This document shows, piece after piece, positions 62,307-64,000 of a stretch of 64,000 nucleotides of DNA; within the stretch, counting starts at the first letter, position 1; every line of letters starts with the position of its first letter. Below the pieces are notes generated by a model. It made no database searches. It had not been told where the DNA came from and worked only from the letters and a program-made list of their open reading frames with translations. The stretch covers positions 318,169,749 through 318,233,748 of the forward strand of contig NC_085842.1 of assembly GCF_035594765.1 (NCBI RefSeq), read 5' to 3'. The translations under genes and the position numbers were made by a program. Origin of the DNA: Anolis carolinensis (Eukaryota).

Positions 62307-64000
62307 AACCCCATTGACTGGAGTATTTTTTCAAACACTGAGCATGAGGTGCTGGGGGTGTCACTTTGCTTTGCAACGTTTCACTAAGATGCCAGAGTGT
62401 CATTCTCACTTATAAACTTCATCTGCCCAAATCTGAGAGCGTTGCCAACCATCCAAGATCATATGACCAGGATTCCTTTGATGAAAACTCATGGGCACAA
62501 GGGGACTTCATAATATTGCTTCTTCCAGGTTTGATGCTGGTAATTATAGCCTCAGCAGGTAGCTTAATGGGTTTTTCAAAAGTTAGATAGTCTACAGGGA
62601 ATCATATGACCCAGCAATCTCTAGTACCCAAAGCTACTAGTTCTGCTTCAGGGCACCGGAATGAAATGAATTTGGCATGTGTAGGCCAGCCAAGCCACTT
62701 TTGTGAATCTGTGTTCTTCCCAATAGCAATCATTTCTTCTTCTTCTTTTTTAACAACAGGAGGAAAAGCACCTCCTTTCCTCCACTTCAGATTCCTACAT
62801 CTCTGAGGCACCTTGTCCAATTAACCTTAACTATATATGAGAAGATATAGAAATCCATTTCTTGGCTCATAGAAAACTTACCTGATCAGAAAGCTAAAGA
62901 GAAAATGCAGTTCTCCTGGAGAAACTGGCCAGTGATGGCAGAACTTAAATTAAGGGTATGATGGACAACTGATTACCTATCAGAGATGTCCTCATGGTTG
63001 ATGCCTGGGCTGTCAGAGGGATGGAGGGAGAAGAGAACAAAAAGAAAAGGGACAATAGATGCTCCTTAACAAAGTGTGGAAACCAACCTCATTAGTTATG
63101 GCAGGGATTGTGTTGGAGAACAAAGGAGAACAACCAACGTGGTAAAGTGTTTGAAACTCAAGCCTTACAGAGAATGCTAGAAGGAGTTTTGTATGCTTAG
63201 CCAAGGAAAGAGATGATCAAGAGTTAAGATAGTATCTGAAGAAACCCACACCGTGCAGTGGTTTGAGTATTAGACTAAGACACTGGGAAATGAGGGTTCA
63301 AATCCCTGGAGGTCCATTGAAAACCATCGAGGGAGGCAGTGACAAACTGACTCTGAACAAATGCTGTCAATTAAGCTTCATTATAAGTTTATCTTAAAGT
63401 CATTATAAATCAGACACAGCAACAGTAACATCTGAAAGGTTGGCACAAGAGTTTTCTACTCTTCCAGAAGGTAGAATGGTTGAAATGATAGTAAAGACTA
63501 TTCCAATATTGTTTTAAGAAGAACATCTTGATGGTGAGAGCTATCCAACAGTGGAATAGACTATTGGAAAATATAGTGTTTCTTCTCTAAGACTGTTAAT
63601 AGAGGTTAAATGGCGAACTTTAATGGATACATAGTTATGGATTCCTGCACTGTCAGGGAGTTGAATTATCTTTGTGATCTGTTCCAACTCTCTGATTCCA
63701 TGTTTCAATGAGAGAATGATGAACTAGAAAGACCTTTTGATCTAATCCAGCAGGACTCCTCTGTTCCTGATGGAAAGCTTCTGAATTGTCATTTTGCCTT
63801 TTCCCTTGAGTCACCTGGAGAAGCCTGAGCATCCCATGAGAATCACTAACAATCTTAACCTACCTAGCTATTACACCCAATCCTTGCTTTGTTGCTACCA
63901 TGAAATTAATTAAGTTCAGCAGATGAACTGCATGGTGGCAGAATGGGAACCTGTGCAAAGATGAATTTCAGTGAGCAGAAGTCTCAATAGGAAATATGGA

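Overview
Vertebrate, repeat-rich non-coding DNA. The repeat set (CR1 with (TTCTATGA)n tails, BovB/RTE, R4/Dong-clade, L2, squamate tRNA- and 5S-derived SINEs, Penelope hairpins, hAT/Tc1/Harbinger MITEs) points to a lizard, most likely Anolis; this is inferred from family recognition, not from a database search. I found no host protein-coding exon. Every long ORF I can assign belongs to a transposon or a tandem repeat. Several TE-free islands look like conserved enhancer-type sequence, so this is probably a large intron or gene desert. There are two assembly gaps (49722-49906 and 51591-51724). The best lead is a pair of independently inserted solo LTRs of one family (3727-4603 and 17848-18714). 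Both keep an ~86-codon ORF whose C-terminal RRSLRIAAK motif resembles the HMGN nucleosome-binding core (RRSARLSAK), and the codons around that motif differ only synonymously between the copies. Other leads are Penelope-derived hairpins with minimal hammerhead-ribozyme cores, R4-clade elements in (TAA)n tracts (one supplied by an L2 tail), hAT elements that carry internal satellite arrays, and deep TE nesting.
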